Below, piece by piece: positions 1 to 10,298 of a stretch of 64,000 nucleotides of DNA. The stretch is taken from IMG/VR virus record IMGVR_UViG_3300026077_000001. One strand, given 5' to 3'. Below the pieces are notes generated by a model that was not told where the DNA came from, did not search any database, and worked only from the letters and a program-made list of their open reading frames with translations. Each line of letters starts with the position of its first letter. Position 1 is the stretch's first letter. Source of the DNA: a virus (lineage: Duplodnaviria > Caudoviricetes). A program made the translations under genes and the position numbers.

Positions 1-1
1 A

Positions 2-2065
2 CCCAAGAGTATAGAAGATATTCCTGCAATTTCAATTAACTGGGTAACATTTGATATTGCTAAGATAAGAGCAGCAGCAGACCCAACTAAGTTATATCTC
101 TATGGTTATACCAATGAGAATGCAAAACCACCTAGTAAGATTCAGGGTTATACAGTTGGTGCTAGAAAAGATGGACCAACAACTCCTGATGAGATTAACG
201 TACTGTTGATTGCTTCAGGTGCACAGCAACCAACAACTCATACTGCAAAGATTGATCCATCAGGACCTGACGTTACAGGTTCATTACCTGGTTCAGATGA
301 GTCACCTATCAAGTATGATACTAACCAGTCAAACTGGTATCTACAAGTTGATTCTACTAATAATGACATCTATACAACTCTTATTGCTAACTCACAGTAT
401 CAGAACCTAGGATTTACTCCTACTTCATTCATTAGAAGAATACCTGATGCAAGAGACCTTAAAGATAGAATCTACAGATTTAGATACGTACTGGACAAGG
501 ATGCGTTCCCGATTCCTAGAGAACCCATTACTGGTTTCGTATTACAACCTAGATCTTCAGAGACTAACTCACCTTCATATGATAAGACATACTACATCTA
601 TGAAGTAGAAATATTCCAGACATTTGAACGTGGTGTTGCTGACGGTATCTATTACCTCTCAGTTCTTAATGCTTCAGTATCTCCTGCAACATCAAACTTT
701 GATGACTTTGCATTCTCACAGTATGCTGTAGACATTTATCCTACATTTGACAGAGATAACCCAGTTGCTGACCCAGCACCTGCCGTTTCTGTTGCTGATA
801 ATGATATTCTTGGTAAGGTTACCACAACTGACGGTGCACAACCACAACCTAATGAAGATACTAAACTATCAATTAGTAAGGAGACTGCACAGTTCTTCCT
901 ATTAGAACAAGAGAACAACTTAGGATATAACACTACTTCTAATACATTGAATGCTGTTGTTGTTACTGCACGTTTAGGTGATGAGGAAGAAAGAAAGATT
1001 CCACTCAAACTAAACGCTGACAACTCTGTTGCTCCATTGCTGATTGAGTTACGAAGATACTCTATCCTTAGAGCATCAGGTCACACGTTTGAATACCTTG
1101 GTTTTGGTCCAGGTAACTACAGTACAGCATTCCCATCTACACAGGTGGAAGTTCTATCACCCACACAGGTCAGACTGTCACAGTCATTGAAGGAAGCAGC
1201 AGGTGTTGCTTACTACTCTGGTGTTAACAGTGATGGTGAACTATATGTTGGTAACCAGGTTATTAACCCGATTACTGGTCAGATCACCAATGAAGATATT
1301 GCACAGTTGAATGTTGTTGGTGAAGAAGGAACTACAATTCAGACATTCTCTGAGGTTGTTCTTACTGATAAACTAACCGTAATTGGTGGTGCATCTAACC
1401 AACTTGAGTCTGTATTCTCAGGTCCAGTGACTTTCCAGAAGAGAATCAATGCTCAGGAAAATATTCAGACAATAAAATTGACGTATGCCAACGATGATGG
1501 AACTGTACTAAAGCAGAACTTCCTTGCAGAAGATGATGGCACAGGTCAACCAGATATTGATTCGACATTAGCATTTAATGATGGCGATATTATCTATAAC
1601 ATTGACTGGCAAGCTGGTGATTCATTAGGTTGGATTTACGAGACAGGTATATGGTATAAGTTCGGTCTAACCGATACTACACCTATAACTGCACGTAGAT
1701 TCTCTGGTGTTACAAATTATGGTATTGGTATGGCACCTGACGCATCCAACAGGATGAAGATTGCAGGTAACACTTATATTAATGGTAACCTAGATGTTAC
1801 TGGTAGATACGGTTGTCAAGATAAATACACTCTTGCAACGGGTATTGCTAACAATAACAACGGGGTTGTATATAATGGAAACGGATCCACTACTGGATTC
1901 GCTATTTCTCCTGGACACACATCATATTCAGTGATAGTGTTCAATAATGGTGTTTGTCAGATTCCTGGTGTTGATTATCAGGTATCAGGTAACGCAGTTG
2001 ACTTTAGTATTTCGACCCCACCTGCTACAGGGTCGGTGATCCATATAAGAGAGATGGTTATCTAA
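2..2065 (+). CDS. Large virion structural/tail-fibre-associated protein, C-terminal part (5' truncated)
   Basis: The frame is open from base 2 (PKSIEDIPAISINW...) through the track ORF 206-2065. It ends in a GNGSTTGF...VFNNGVCQIPGVDYQVSGNAVDF module typical of cyanomyovirus virion proteins. Confidence 0.7.
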   Translation, partial: PKSIEDIPAISINWVTFDIAKIRAAADPTKLYLYGYTNENAKPPSKIQGYTVGARKDGPTTPDEINVLLIASGAQQPTTHTAKIDPSGPDVTGSLPGSDESPIKYDTNQSNWYLQVDSTNNDIYTTLIANSQYQNLGFTPTSFIRRIPDARDLKDRIYRFRYVLDKDAFPIPREPITGFVLQPRSSETNSPSYDKTYYIYEVEIFQTFERGVADGIYYLSVLNASVSPATSNFDDFAFSQYAVDIYPTFDRDNPVADPAPAVSVADNDILGKVTTTDGAQPQPNEDTKLSISKETAQFFLLEQENNLGYNTTSNTLNAVVVTARLGDEEERKIPLKLNADNSVAPLLIELRRYSILRASGHTFEYLGFGPGNYSTAFPSTQVEVLSPTQVRLSQSLKEAAGVAYYSGVNSDGELYVGNQVINPITGQITNEDIAQLNVVGEEGTTIQTFSEVVLTDKLTVIGGASNQLESVFSGPVTFQKRINAQENIQTIKLTYANDDGTVLKQNFLAEDDGTGQPDIDSTLAFNDGDIIYNIDWQAGDSLGWIYETGIWYKFGLTDTTPITARRFSGVTNYGIGMAPDASNRMKIAGNTYINGNLDVTGRYGCQDKYTLATGIANNNNGVVYNGNGSTTGFAISPGHTSYSVIVFNNGVCQIPGVDYQVSGNAVDFSISTPPATGSVIHIREMVI

Positions 2066-2068
2066 ATA
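2062..2068 (+). promoter_or_regulatory. Possible T4-type late promoter (CTAAATA)
   Basis: TAAATA core about 30 nt upstream of the ATG at 2097. Confidence 0.45.
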
Positions 2069-2096
2069 GTTAACAAAGAGGGGAGGTTAGTCTAGT

Positions 2097-2951
2097 ATGT
2101 CTACCCAGATTAATGGTAATAATATTCAAGCAACAACTAGAGGTCTAGTTGAAGCGTGGAGCATTACCGAACAACTTAATTTACCAAATCTGAACCAAGC
2201 ACAAGTAACTGCTTTAGGTACTCCTGCTTTTGGTACTTTGGTGTATAACAGCACCGAAGATATGGCACAGATATACAAACAAGATGCTAACCAAGGTAAC
2301 CCAGGTTGGACAGACGTTGGTGGAGGTGGTCCTGCTCTTGGTGAAGGAAGTATAATTAGAACGAACGGTACAACAATACAAGAAAATATAACCATTGGTC
2401 CTATAGCGAACGGTGGTGTAGAATTTACAAACGGTTTTACTGCTGGTCCTGTAGAAATTGCTTCAGGATGGACAGTTACTATTGAAAACACCGCATCTTG
2501 GACATTACTTGGAGACGACGACCTGTCATATGCTCACTTTGTTGATATTGAATCACAACATATTACTTCAACTGGTAGGTTACACTTTGAAGAAACTTCA
2601 GAGCGTATCTACTACTATACAACAAGTGGAAGTATAACTCACGACTATAATAATGGTAACTCTATTTGGGTAAATAAGAACGGTGGAGGTAACTGGACAT
2701 TATCTTTAAACAATGTTCCTACTGATGGTGCACACGGATATGGTATTACGGTTGCTGTATATGAAGTAGGTGGGTCTGGTATTCCATCATCCATTAATAT
2801 TAATGGACAGAGTACTAACATCCAGTGGATAGGTGGATCAGCTCCATCACACGATGAGAAATGGTGCGTAGTATCATTTGCTTTGGTAAATACACCTAAT
2901 ACTTCTCAACACGCATTCACTGTATTTGGGTCTGGATCTAATTACGCATAA
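2097..2951 (+). CDS. Tail fibre-like structural protein
   Basis: Contains the IRTNGTTIQENITI...TAGPVEIASGWTVTI beta-rich segment common in cyanophage fibres. It lies in a fibre gene cluster. Confidence 0.6.
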   Translation: MSTQINGNNIQATTRGLVEAWSITEQLNLPNLNQAQVTALGTPAFGTLVYNSTEDMAQIYKQDANQGNPGWTDVGGGGPALGEGSIIRTNGTTIQENITIGPIANGGVEFTNGFTAGPVEIASGWTVTIENTASWTLLGDDDLSYAHFVDIESQHITSTGRLHFEETSERIYYYTTSGSITHDYNNGNSIWVNKNGGGNWTLSLNNVPTDGAHGYGITVAVYEVGGSGIPSSININGQSTNIQWIGGSAPSHDEKWCVVSFALVNTPNTSQHAFTVFGSGSNYA

Positions 2952-2953
2952 TT

Positions 2954-3928
2954 ATGTCAACACAAATTGGTTATTCAGGGTTATTAAATAACTTTAGTCA
3001 TTCACTAGGATCCAGAGGACCTGGAGGTGGTGGTGGAATGGAGAAGGTGACTGCTGACGATAATGGATCAGTATTTAATACATCACAGTTTGGTAAACAA
3101 CTAAGATGTCACAGGTTTCAGGGTAGTGGAGATAATAGTCTTTATATAAGAACAGGTACAGGTAACTATATTTGGGTTTGGGCTTGGGGTGCTGCTGGTG
3201 GAAATGGTGGACAAGGTGGTCAGCACGGTGGTTCAGGTGGTGCTGCATATGCCAAACTTGTTTTACAACAAGGATGGGTAGAGTCAGCTCGCTTCCGAGC
3301 ATACGTCGGAGGTGGCGGAGGTGGCGGTGGAGGCTGCTTCGGATGTTGGGGTGGTGGAGGAGAAGGTAATAACGGATCTGGTTATGGTTCAGGTGGACGT
3401 GGCACACACGCTTCTTGTAGTGGATGCTCTGCAGGTGGTGGAGGTGGTGGAGCAGCAAGTATGTTCTTCTCACCTTGGGGTGTAAATTTAAGTCAAGGCA
3501 ATATCCTGTTGGTAGCAGCAGGTGGTGGCGGGGGCGGTGGACGTGAAGGATGCTCTTCTGCAGGTCGTGGTGGAGCAGGTGGACAGAGAGGAGAGAACGG
3601 ACAGTGTGGTTCCCAAGGTGGTGCTGCAGGTGGTAACGGAGATACTAATGGAGATGAGTGTGGAAGACCAGGTAATGACGCTTCTGGAGGAGGAGGCGGT
3701 GGAGGCGGTTGGAACGCAGGTAATTGTGGATCAAACCCAGGCTGTGACTGTAATGGTGCTGCTGGTGGGGGTGGTGGAAACAACTGGTCAGGTTCTAACT
3801 ATGCTGAAGAAACCGAAACTTGGTCTGGTTCATATGGAAACGGTGGAAACTGGGGACATTGGGCAAGAAACGGTGCAGGTGCATATAATGGTGGAACAGG
3901 AAACATTACCGTATGTTATGAATTGTAA
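2954..3928 (+). CDS. Glycine-rich, Cys-rich fibre-tip/adhesin-like protein
   Basis: Many polyglycine runs (WGAAGGNGG, VGGGGGGGGG, AAGGGGGGG) separated by short Cys/Trp-containing loops. It has 12 Cys. Confidence 0.6.
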   Translation: MSTQIGYSGLLNNFSHSLGSRGPGGGGGMEKVTADDNGSVFNTSQFGKQLRCHRFQGSGDNSLYIRTGTGNYIWVWAWGAAGGNGGQGGQHGGSGGAAYAKLVLQQGWVESARFRAYVGGGGGGGGGCFGCWGGGGEGNNGSGYGSGGRGTHASCSGCSAGGGGGGAASMFFSPWGVNLSQGNILLVAAGGGGGGGREGCSSAGRGGAGGQRGENGQCGSQGGAAGGNGDTNGDECGRPGNDASGGGGGGGGWNAGNCGSNPGCDCNGAAGGGGGNNWSGSNYAEETETWSGSYGNGGNWGHWARNGAGAYNGGTGNITVCYEL

Positions 3929-3930
3929 TT

Positions 3931-4485
3931 ATGGAACAAATTAGTAACCCAAGAATAACGGATCCTAATGATCCAAGACCAGCTGATGAAAACATTCAAG
4001 CAGTTGAGTATAATGAAGCAACAGTAGTATTTGATGTTGCTAAGAAGACTGTAGAATCTTCAGGATTTCAGACATTAAAATCTTATGACCCTAATCTTAA
4101 GATGAGTGTCAGAAAGAATGGTGAGTATAAACTTTACTTCAAAGACCTAGAGATGTATGTGTGTATCAGCAAAGGAAACGATACACCACTGTATGAGATG
4201 AAGTATGATCAAATCATATGTACAGATTGTCCTTGGTTTGAGAACTTATCATTCCCTAGACTTGACCCTGATACTGACTACATAGTACAGGCTTATGTTA
4301 AGGAAGATGGTGTCACTTTAACATTTAAAGAGACATTTCAAGTAACATCTTGGGAGGATACTTCTAGTCGTAGAGATTATCCTGCTAATAAAGTTCATTA
4401 TCATCCAGGTTATTACCCTGATGATGAACAATGGAATAGAGATCAACCATATCTGGAGACAGATGAGGTTAGACCAACTCCATAA
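3931..4485 (+). CDS. Hypothetical protein
   Basis: 184-aa ORF tightly packed between fibre genes. Confidence 0.7.
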   Translation: MEQISNPRITDPNDPRPADENIQAVEYNEATVVFDVAKKTVESSGFQTLKSYDPNLKMSVRKNGEYKLYFKDLEMYVCISKGNDTPLYEMKYDQIICTDCPWFENLSFPRLDPDTDYIVQAYVKEDGVTLTFKETFQVTSWEDTSSRRDYPANKVHYHPGYYPDDEQWNRDQPYLETDEVRPTP

Positions 4486-4488
4486 ACA

Positions 4489-4496
4489 TATAAATA
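4489..4496 (+). promoter_or_regulatory. T4-type late promoter TATAAATA
   Basis: Exact T4 late consensus 27 nt upstream of the ATG at 4523. Confidence 0.7.
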
Positions 4497-4522
4497 GATT
4501 TGAGGAAAACTAAACAGGTAAA

Positions 4523-5323
4523 ATGAGTACACTTAAAGTTGCATCTATTAGAGACCTGTCAGGCATCGGTGGATTTACCCTAGCGTCTGGTAATATTACT
4601 GCGAACGGAACTTTAACCGTCAGTAATTTGACCGTGAACGGAACTATGTCAGGTTCGTCTGGTCAGATCGTACCTAGTGTCTCTGGACAGTCTGGAAAGT
4701 TTCTAACTAACAATGGTTCTTCTATGTCTTGGACATCAGTAAGTTCCGAAAACATTTATAATATGCAAGTATGGACAGGAGGGGGAACCTGGAACCGTCC
4801 ATCAGGTGTTAAATACATCCACGTACGCTGCAATGGTGGAGGTGGTGGTGGTGCTGGACACGGAGAGTCTGGTGGTGCTGGTGGATATTCTGAGCGTGTA
4901 ATGAGCGTCGAAAACATTTCTTCAGTTGGTATTTCTATCGGTGGCGGTGGAGGAGGTACTTGGTACTTCAACCGTGGTGGTGACGGAGGATCCTCATCCT
5001 TTGGACCTTACCTATCTGCTGGTGGTGGACACGGTGCTGCACGTAACAACTCTCACTCAGGTGGACTCGGCAGACAGGGTTCTGGCGGTGACCTGAATAT
5101 CTGGGGTGGTGGTGGACAATCACACGCTGCTCACGGTGGTGGAACTGGTGGACCTTCTCACTTTGGAGGATCAGTTGCTGCTGGTTGGCCAAATGGAGGA
5201 AACTTCTCACACAATCACCAAGATCACGCTGCATATGGTGCTGGTGGATCTGGTGGACACTTTGGTTCTTTCCGTGGTTCTGAAGGTAAGCACGGTGTTA
5301 TTACTGTTATTAACTACAAATAG
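4523..5323 (+). CDS. Glycine-rich short fibre/adhesin-like protein
   Basis: N-terminal MSTLKVASI motif, followed by a TGGGTWNRPSGVKYIHVRCNGGGGGG glycine-rich domain. Confidence 0.65.
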   Translation: MSTLKVASIRDLSGIGGFTLASGNITANGTLTVSNLTVNGTMSGSSGQIVPSVSGQSGKFLTNNGSSMSWTSVSSENIYNMQVWTGGGTWNRPSGVKYIHVRCNGGGGGGAGHGESGGAGGYSERVMSVENISSVGISIGGGGGGTWYFNRGGDGGSSSFGPYLSAGGGHGAARNNSHSGGLGRQGSGGDLNIWGGGGQSHAAHGGGTGGPSHFGGSVAAGWPNGGNFSHNHQDHAAYGAGGSGGHFGSFRGSEGKHGVITVINYK

Positions 5324-5332
5324 GGGTCACCA

Positions 5333-5857
5333 ATGAAGAAAGCATTAATGGATTTCAATGGATACGTGGCAGACGTAGTGGATCCTGGTGAAGAATATAC
5401 ATTATTCTTAGGTCGTGGATGTGCTCAGATGTGGGTGAATGCACCTGATGATGTATCAATCACTTGGACACTAGAATGGTCACCATCTGCCAATGATATG
5501 ATATGGGTTAAGCGTGTAGATACATATGCTGATCCTGCTACAACTCGTAGAGTTGCATATGGTGAGGTAGGTCAGCAATTAGATATGCTATACAAAGACA
5601 TCGCAGCAGGTAAAGATCTAGCAGCATCGGATGCTTTGTGGTATAATCACGTTAAGACAGTTAAAGAGAATACTCAAAGACCATCTGACGTAGAGGAACC
5701 AATGGATCCAGCTATGACAGAGGAAGAGATTCAAGAGTTTATGTCTGATATGGTTGAGCCATCAACGACAAGACCTGCTAAACTGTGTTCACAAGACAAT
5801 CCCTGTTGGGAGCGTTATTCAAATTGGGGTGGTTCTTACGTAGAAGCACCTGTATAA
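5333..5857 (+). CDS. Tail-fibre assembly/chaperone-like protein
   Basis: The R..AY..V.QQLDMLYKDI...W...VK.VK motif is seen after fibre genes in marine phages. Confidence 0.5.
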   Translation: MKKALMDFNGYVADVVDPGEEYTLFLGRGCAQMWVNAPDDVSITWTLEWSPSANDMIWVKRVDTYADPATTRRVAYGEVGQQLDMLYKDIAAGKDLAASDALWYNHVKTVKENTQRPSDVEEPMDPAMTEEEIQEFMSDMVEPSTTRPAKLCSQDNPCWERYSNWGGSYVEAPV

Positions 5858-5863
5858 AATATT

Positions 5864-7363
5864 ATGAAATTTAATAACATCTGTATTGTCGGAGGTGGCA
5901 GTGCAGGGTGGATGACAGCATCAGTGCTACTTAAACATTTTGAGGGCACTAAAAATATTACGTTGATTGAGTCTCCTCTCGTAGGTTCTATTGGAGTAGG
6001 AGAGTCAACAACACAGCATTTCAATACATTTATTAGGTATCTGGAACTCGAAGATAAAGAGTGGATGCCAGCGTGTGACGCAACATATAAGAACAGCATT
6101 CAATTTGAAAATTGGGGTACTGACCAACCGTGGCAGTACCCTTTTGGTTCGTTTGATACTAATATTCCACCCTTAGACTATTATATTTGGAAGTACTATA
6201 GACAACCATCTAATTCATTATTTCAGAATGTATTCTCTAATGCTGCTGCAGTATCTGCACAAGGAAAATTATATACACCACACATAGAAAAGTTAGTTGG
6301 TTATCATATTGATGCTAGTAAGTTTGCTAAGTATCTAAAGGATAGTTTTTGTATCCCACGTGGTTTAAATTATATTAGTGAAACAGTAGATAGGATTGAC
6401 ACTGAGGGTGACAACATAACTAAACTAACTCTTGATGATGGTAGAGAGATAACTGCTGATCTATTCATAGACTGTACAGGATTCAGAGCAATATTGATGA
6501 ATCGTCTTGGAGTAGAGTGGGAGGATTGGAGTGACGTGTTACTCAATGACAGCACGTGGTGCACAAGAATGGATTACTGTGATAAAGAACGGGAACTTAC
6601 GAGCTATACACGGGTCACTGCACTGTCAAGTGGTTGGGTCTGGTCTGTACCAACTTGGTCTCGTATTGGGACAGGTTATAATTTCAGTTCAAAGTTTCAG
6701 GATAAAGCCTTTGCACTAAAGGAGTTTAAGGCACATTTAGGTTGTCCTGATGCACCAGATGAGAACTTTAGATACTTACGTTGGCCAACAGGTATGAGAG
6801 AACAGATATGGGTAGGTAATACAATAGCAATAGGACTATCTGCTGGTTTTATTGAACCATTAGAATCAGGTGGTTTGTTCTCAGTACACGAGTTCTTATT
6901 TAATTTCATACAGTTTGCTGATCCTAAGAGAGATTGTATATCAGGACTACAACGTGACTGGTTCAATGCAGCGTGTCACGTCAAGTTTATGACATTCAGA
7001 GATTTTGTCGTACATCATTTCACAGCAGCATACAAAGACGACACACCATACTGGGATGCTGCAACTTCAGTACCATTTCACACATTAAATAATATTGACT
7101 GTCGTGATGTACCAACAACATTAAATGATTTGTTTATTGGTATGCAGTTTGTGATGGCAGGTCTAGGTTATACTATTATTGGTAGGAAGGAAGTTATGGA
7201 TATGGAAGCACATTATGATCGAGAGTTTGGTGGTGACTTCTTACCCATCTTAGATGCTGCTATAGAGAAGAGGATTACAGAAGGTAAGGAGATCGCATCA
7301 TTTATGCCAAGACCCATTGACTATTACAATGATGTCCTATATAATACTGACGGTATCAAATAG
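5864..7363 (+). CDS. prnA: Flavin-dependent (tryptophan-halogenase family) halogenase 1
   Basis: GGGSAG FAD motif, IGVGEST, ATYK (catalytic Lys76), WVWSVP (WxWxIP variant), FIEPLESGG. Confidence 0.9.
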   Translation: MKFNNICIVGGGSAGWMTASVLLKHFEGTKNITLIESPLVGSIGVGESTTQHFNTFIRYLELEDKEWMPACDATYKNSIQFENWGTDQPWQYPFGSFDTNIPPLDYYIWKYYRQPSNSLFQNVFSNAAAVSAQGKLYTPHIEKLVGYHIDASKFAKYLKDSFCIPRGLNYISETVDRIDTEGDNITKLTLDDGREITADLFIDCTGFRAILMNRLGVEWEDWSDVLLNDSTWCTRMDYCDKERELTSYTRVTALSSGWVWSVPTWSRIGTGYNFSSKFQDKAFALKEFKAHLGCPDAPDENFRYLRWPTGMREQIWVGNTIAIGLSAGFIEPLESGGLFSVHEFLFNFIQFADPKRDCISGLQRDWFNAACHVKFMTFRDFVVHHFTAAYKDDTPYWDAATSVPFHTLNNIDCRDVPTTLNDLFIGMQFVMAGLGYTIIGRKEVMDMEAHYDREFGGDFLPILDAAIEKRITEGKEIASFMPRPIDYYNDVLYNTDGIK

Positions 7364-7366
7364 ATT

Positions 7367-9049
7367 ATGCAAGTCAATAACGTTGTAATTGTAGGGGGTG
7401 GCACCTCTGGTTGGATGACCTGTGCTGCCTTGTTGAAACTATGCCCTTGGGTTAATGTTGTACTCGTAGAGAGTTCAAAGCATAAACCTATTGGGGTTGG
7501 TGAATCTACTTTAGGTCATTTCAATAAGTATCTTGATGCTCTTGGTCTTGAAGATAAAGACTGGATGGAGTATTGTAATGCAACCTATAAGAATAGTATT
7601 CAGTTCACAGATTTTAGAGAGAAAGGGACGACCTTTCAATATCCATTTGGTAAGTATAAGTTAGATAACACTGCTAATGGTATTGAAGATTGGTTTGACT
7701 TACAGAAGAGACATCCAGAAGAATATAATCCAGATAACAAGTCATTCTCTCAGTATTATAATCCTGAGAACGATACACTTGTAGCAAATAATAAGCAGTG
7801 GAATAGTGCTCAGACTCCAGAAGGATATATGGACTGGGATAACTATAATTTCCAGACAGATACAGCATATCATTTAGATGCTGAGAAGTTTGGTGAGTTC
7901 CTAAGAGATAGAGTATGTTATCCTTGGGTAGAGAAGAACAGGTTCACACACGTAATTGGTGAAGTACGTGGAATGATTAAGGATGTTAAACGTGGTGGAT
8001 CTCCTGCTGCATCTAACAGACAGATTAATCAGTTGGGTGTAAGACTAGACGCAGATAAAAAGCAAGTAGGAGTAACAGGAGATCTATTCATTGACTGTAC
8101 TGGATTTAAAGGTGCACTCATTGAAGGATTGATGAATGTATCATTCGAACCATTCAAAGATATACTTGCAAATGATAAAGCATTCTTTGCACGTTTACCT
8201 TATCTTGATATAGAACAACGTAAGGAAATGATGCATAATGTGACTGACTGCACAGCAGCAGAGAATGGTTGGATGTGGACTATTCCATTATGGGATCGTA
8301 TTGGTGTTGGTTATGCTTGGTCATCACGTTTTGCAATGGAACACGAGACAGAGCAAGAGTTCAGAAACTGGATCCAACGTAAGTTTGGACTAGAAGATGG
8401 TGAGTATGAGGTATCCTCTATTGATATAAAGCACGGTTATAGACAGAAAGCGTGGGAACTTAATTGTCTTGCTATTGGTCTATCATATGGATTTGTAGAA
8501 CCATTAGAATCAACAGGACTATTAACTACACACGAGAGTATCCTTAGACTGGTTGACATACTCAATAGAAGAAAGGGATACGTCACAAACATAGAGAGAC
8601 AATGGTATAATTATTGTGCACAACGTGAAGTAATTGGATTTGCTAAGTTTGTTGCTATGCACTATGCATTATCAATGAGAACTGACAATCCATACTGGAA
8701 GTGGTGTACACAACGTAATGATTATATGGATATTGAAACTATGAACAGTGGTAACATCAAGGTTAATGATAACTTTGAAAGGATGGGATCTATATTAGAT
8801 CACGCTGAACCATTGAATGCTAATATGCACGGTATGAACTATATTGCTGCAGGTCACGGATTACAATTAGGTACAAGATATCTAATGGGTAGTGAAGAGA
8901 ACGAGCACGCAATAGGAGTCAGTAAGGTGACAAGAGAAGAGTATATTGCTGGAGTGAAAAAATTTGTTGAGTCAGATGATTGTCCGACTCATTATGATTA
9001 CTTACTTGAAAACATTTATGGGGAAGACAATGTGGAATATCTTCCGTAA
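7367..9049 (+). CDS. prnA: Flavin-dependent (tryptophan-halogenase family) halogenase 2
   Basis: GGGTSG, IGVGEST, ATYK (Lys75), WMWTIP, FVEPLESTG. Confidence 0.92.
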   Translation: MQVNNVVIVGGGTSGWMTCAALLKLCPWVNVVLVESSKHKPIGVGESTLGHFNKYLDALGLEDKDWMEYCNATYKNSIQFTDFREKGTTFQYPFGKYKLDNTANGIEDWFDLQKRHPEEYNPDNKSFSQYYNPENDTLVANNKQWNSAQTPEGYMDWDNYNFQTDTAYHLDAEKFGEFLRDRVCYPWVEKNRFTHVIGEVRGMIKDVKRGGSPAASNRQINQLGVRLDADKKQVGVTGDLFIDCTGFKGALIEGLMNVSFEPFKDILANDKAFFARLPYLDIEQRKEMMHNVTDCTAAENGWMWTIPLWDRIGVGYAWSSRFAMEHETEQEFRNWIQRKFGLEDGEYEVSSIDIKHGYRQKAWELNCLAIGLSYGFVEPLESTGLLTTHESILRLVDILNRRKGYVTNIERQWYNYCAQREVIGFAKFVAMHYALSMRTDNPYWKWCTQRNDYMDIETMNSGNIKVNDNFERMGSILDHAEPLNANMHGMNYIAAGHGLQLGTRYLMGSEENEHAIGVSKVTREEYIAGVKKFVESDDCPTHYDYLLENIYGEDNVEYLP

Positions 9050-9833
9050 GAAGAAACCTTGGATCAGGTTCTTCTCACTTGAACCTGGTTTAGCAGAGAA
9101 CTATCCACTTATACCTGCATCATCCATTAAAAGACAATGGAAAGATAAGGAACATAAGGGTAGAAGGTGTCCTTTTATGGGTACACAAAATGTTGCTAAT
9201 TGTCCTGGTCTAAAACAACTCACACGTATGGGTTGGGTGGTAACCTCACCTATGGACTTCAGGATATTTACTAACAATGATGGTATCTCTTATAGATATG
9301 AACAGGTAACCAATTTTATGAGACACTCCAATTTTATTGGAGATCATCCACCTGATCAAACAGTTCCTTTATTGGAAGATAAAGAGTCAGGGTTCCCAGA
9401 GGATACCCTTGCTCACGTTATAAAACTTGAAACACCTTGGAGGGTTCGTGCTAGTGATGACATTGTATTTTTACAACTCCCAGTGTATTACAACAATGAA
9501 ACTAGATTCGAAGCAGTTGCTGGAATGTATGACCCAAGATTTGCAATGCAAGTCAACGTCCAACTCTTCTGGAAAGTCATTGACACAGGAGAAGATGGAG
9601 TCCTCGTCAAAGCAGGAACACCCTTAGCACAGTTTGTACCTGTGTTACGTGAACACATTGAAAAGGATTGGTATGATTTTGTTCAAGAACCTGCTGAACA
9701 AAAAGACTGGGACTTAGAAAACTCATTTAACTATTCATTAGCAGCAGAGTATTCAACTGAAGATACTGTTGCTAGGAAAATAGCAAGAGCAATGAGAGCA
9801 ATTAACTATCACTCTGATGGCAAAAAAAGATGA
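9030..9833 (+). CDS. Hypothetical protein (DUF6065-like, CP motif)
   Basis: Likely start is MWNIF at 9030 within the track ORF 8964-9833. It has CPGL...GWVV and a C-terminal VKAGTPLAQFVP motif. Confidence 0.55.
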   Translation: MWNIFRKKKPWIRFFSLEPGLAENYPLIPASSIKRQWKDKEHKGRRCPFMGTQNVANCPGLKQLTRMGWVVTSPMDFRIFTNNDGISYRYEQVTNFMRHSNFIGDHPPDQTVPLLEDKESGFPEDTLAHVIKLETPWRVRASDDIVFLQLPVYYNNETRFEAVAGMYDPRFAMQVNVQLFWKVIDTGEDGVLVKAGTPLAQFVPVLREHIEKDWYDFVQEPAEQKDWDLENSFNYSLAAEYSTEDTVARKIARAMRAINYHSDGKKR

Positions 9834-10135
9834 CTATTGATGAACTGATACAAAACTTCCACTTACAAAAGGAAGAACAATCTAAATTGATTGAACAACT
9901 AGATGAGGAATTTAGTAACAAGAAACTAAACCCTTATGGTGTGACCACTGTTGATTTCAGCAAGAGGTCAGAAGCATACAGTCAGAGATCAAGACTTGAA
10001 GGTGCTATTGACGCACTGTTTATGGTCAAACGTGATATACTAGGAGAGGAAGAAGATGTTAATATGCCATCATTCGAACTCGCTACCGAGGAGGATGATA
10101 ATATAGAAACCATAGGACAACGCACGGAGGACTAA
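9830..10135 (+). CDS. Hypothetical protein
   Basis: 101-aa ORF with overlapping stop/start on both sides. Confidence 0.65.
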   Translation: MTIDELIQNFHLQKEEQSKLIEQLDEEFSNKKLNPYGVTTVDFSKRSEAYSQRSRLEGAIDALFMVKRDILGEEEDVNMPSFELATEEDDNIETIGQRTED

Positions 10136-10296
10136 TGTCAACATACCACATATATCTTAAAGATCGTTGTCTATTCAAAGACCTTGATGATGACGAATTT
10201 AAAGTTATATGGGGTAGGTTATATCATTCCTATTGGGATGACTTGACATTTTCCGAGGTCAATGAACCCGCTAACGATTTAGAACCTAGTTACTAA
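10135..10296 (+). CDS. Small hypothetical protein (53 aa, MSTYHIYLKDRCLFK...)
   Basis: Read manually. TAATG coupling to the upstream stop; fills the gap exactly. Confidence 0.6.
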   Translation: MSTYHIYLKDRCLFKDLDDDEFKVIWGRLYHSYWDDLTFSEVNEPANDLEPSY

Positions 10297-10298
10297 CT

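Noticed and set aside
2954-3928. Gly/Cys-rich protein as a RiPP precursor for the halogenase/oxygenase island
   Set aside because: It is too long and has no leader or cleavage motif. No peptidase or transporter is nearby, and the polyglycine fibre-tip interpretation fits better.
3075-5336. Pro/His-rich minus-strand and alternate-frame ORFs (e.g. 3493-3783, 4756-4971, 3522-3944)
   Set aside because: These are shadow frames of GGT-rich glycine codons, with no RBS or independent motifs.
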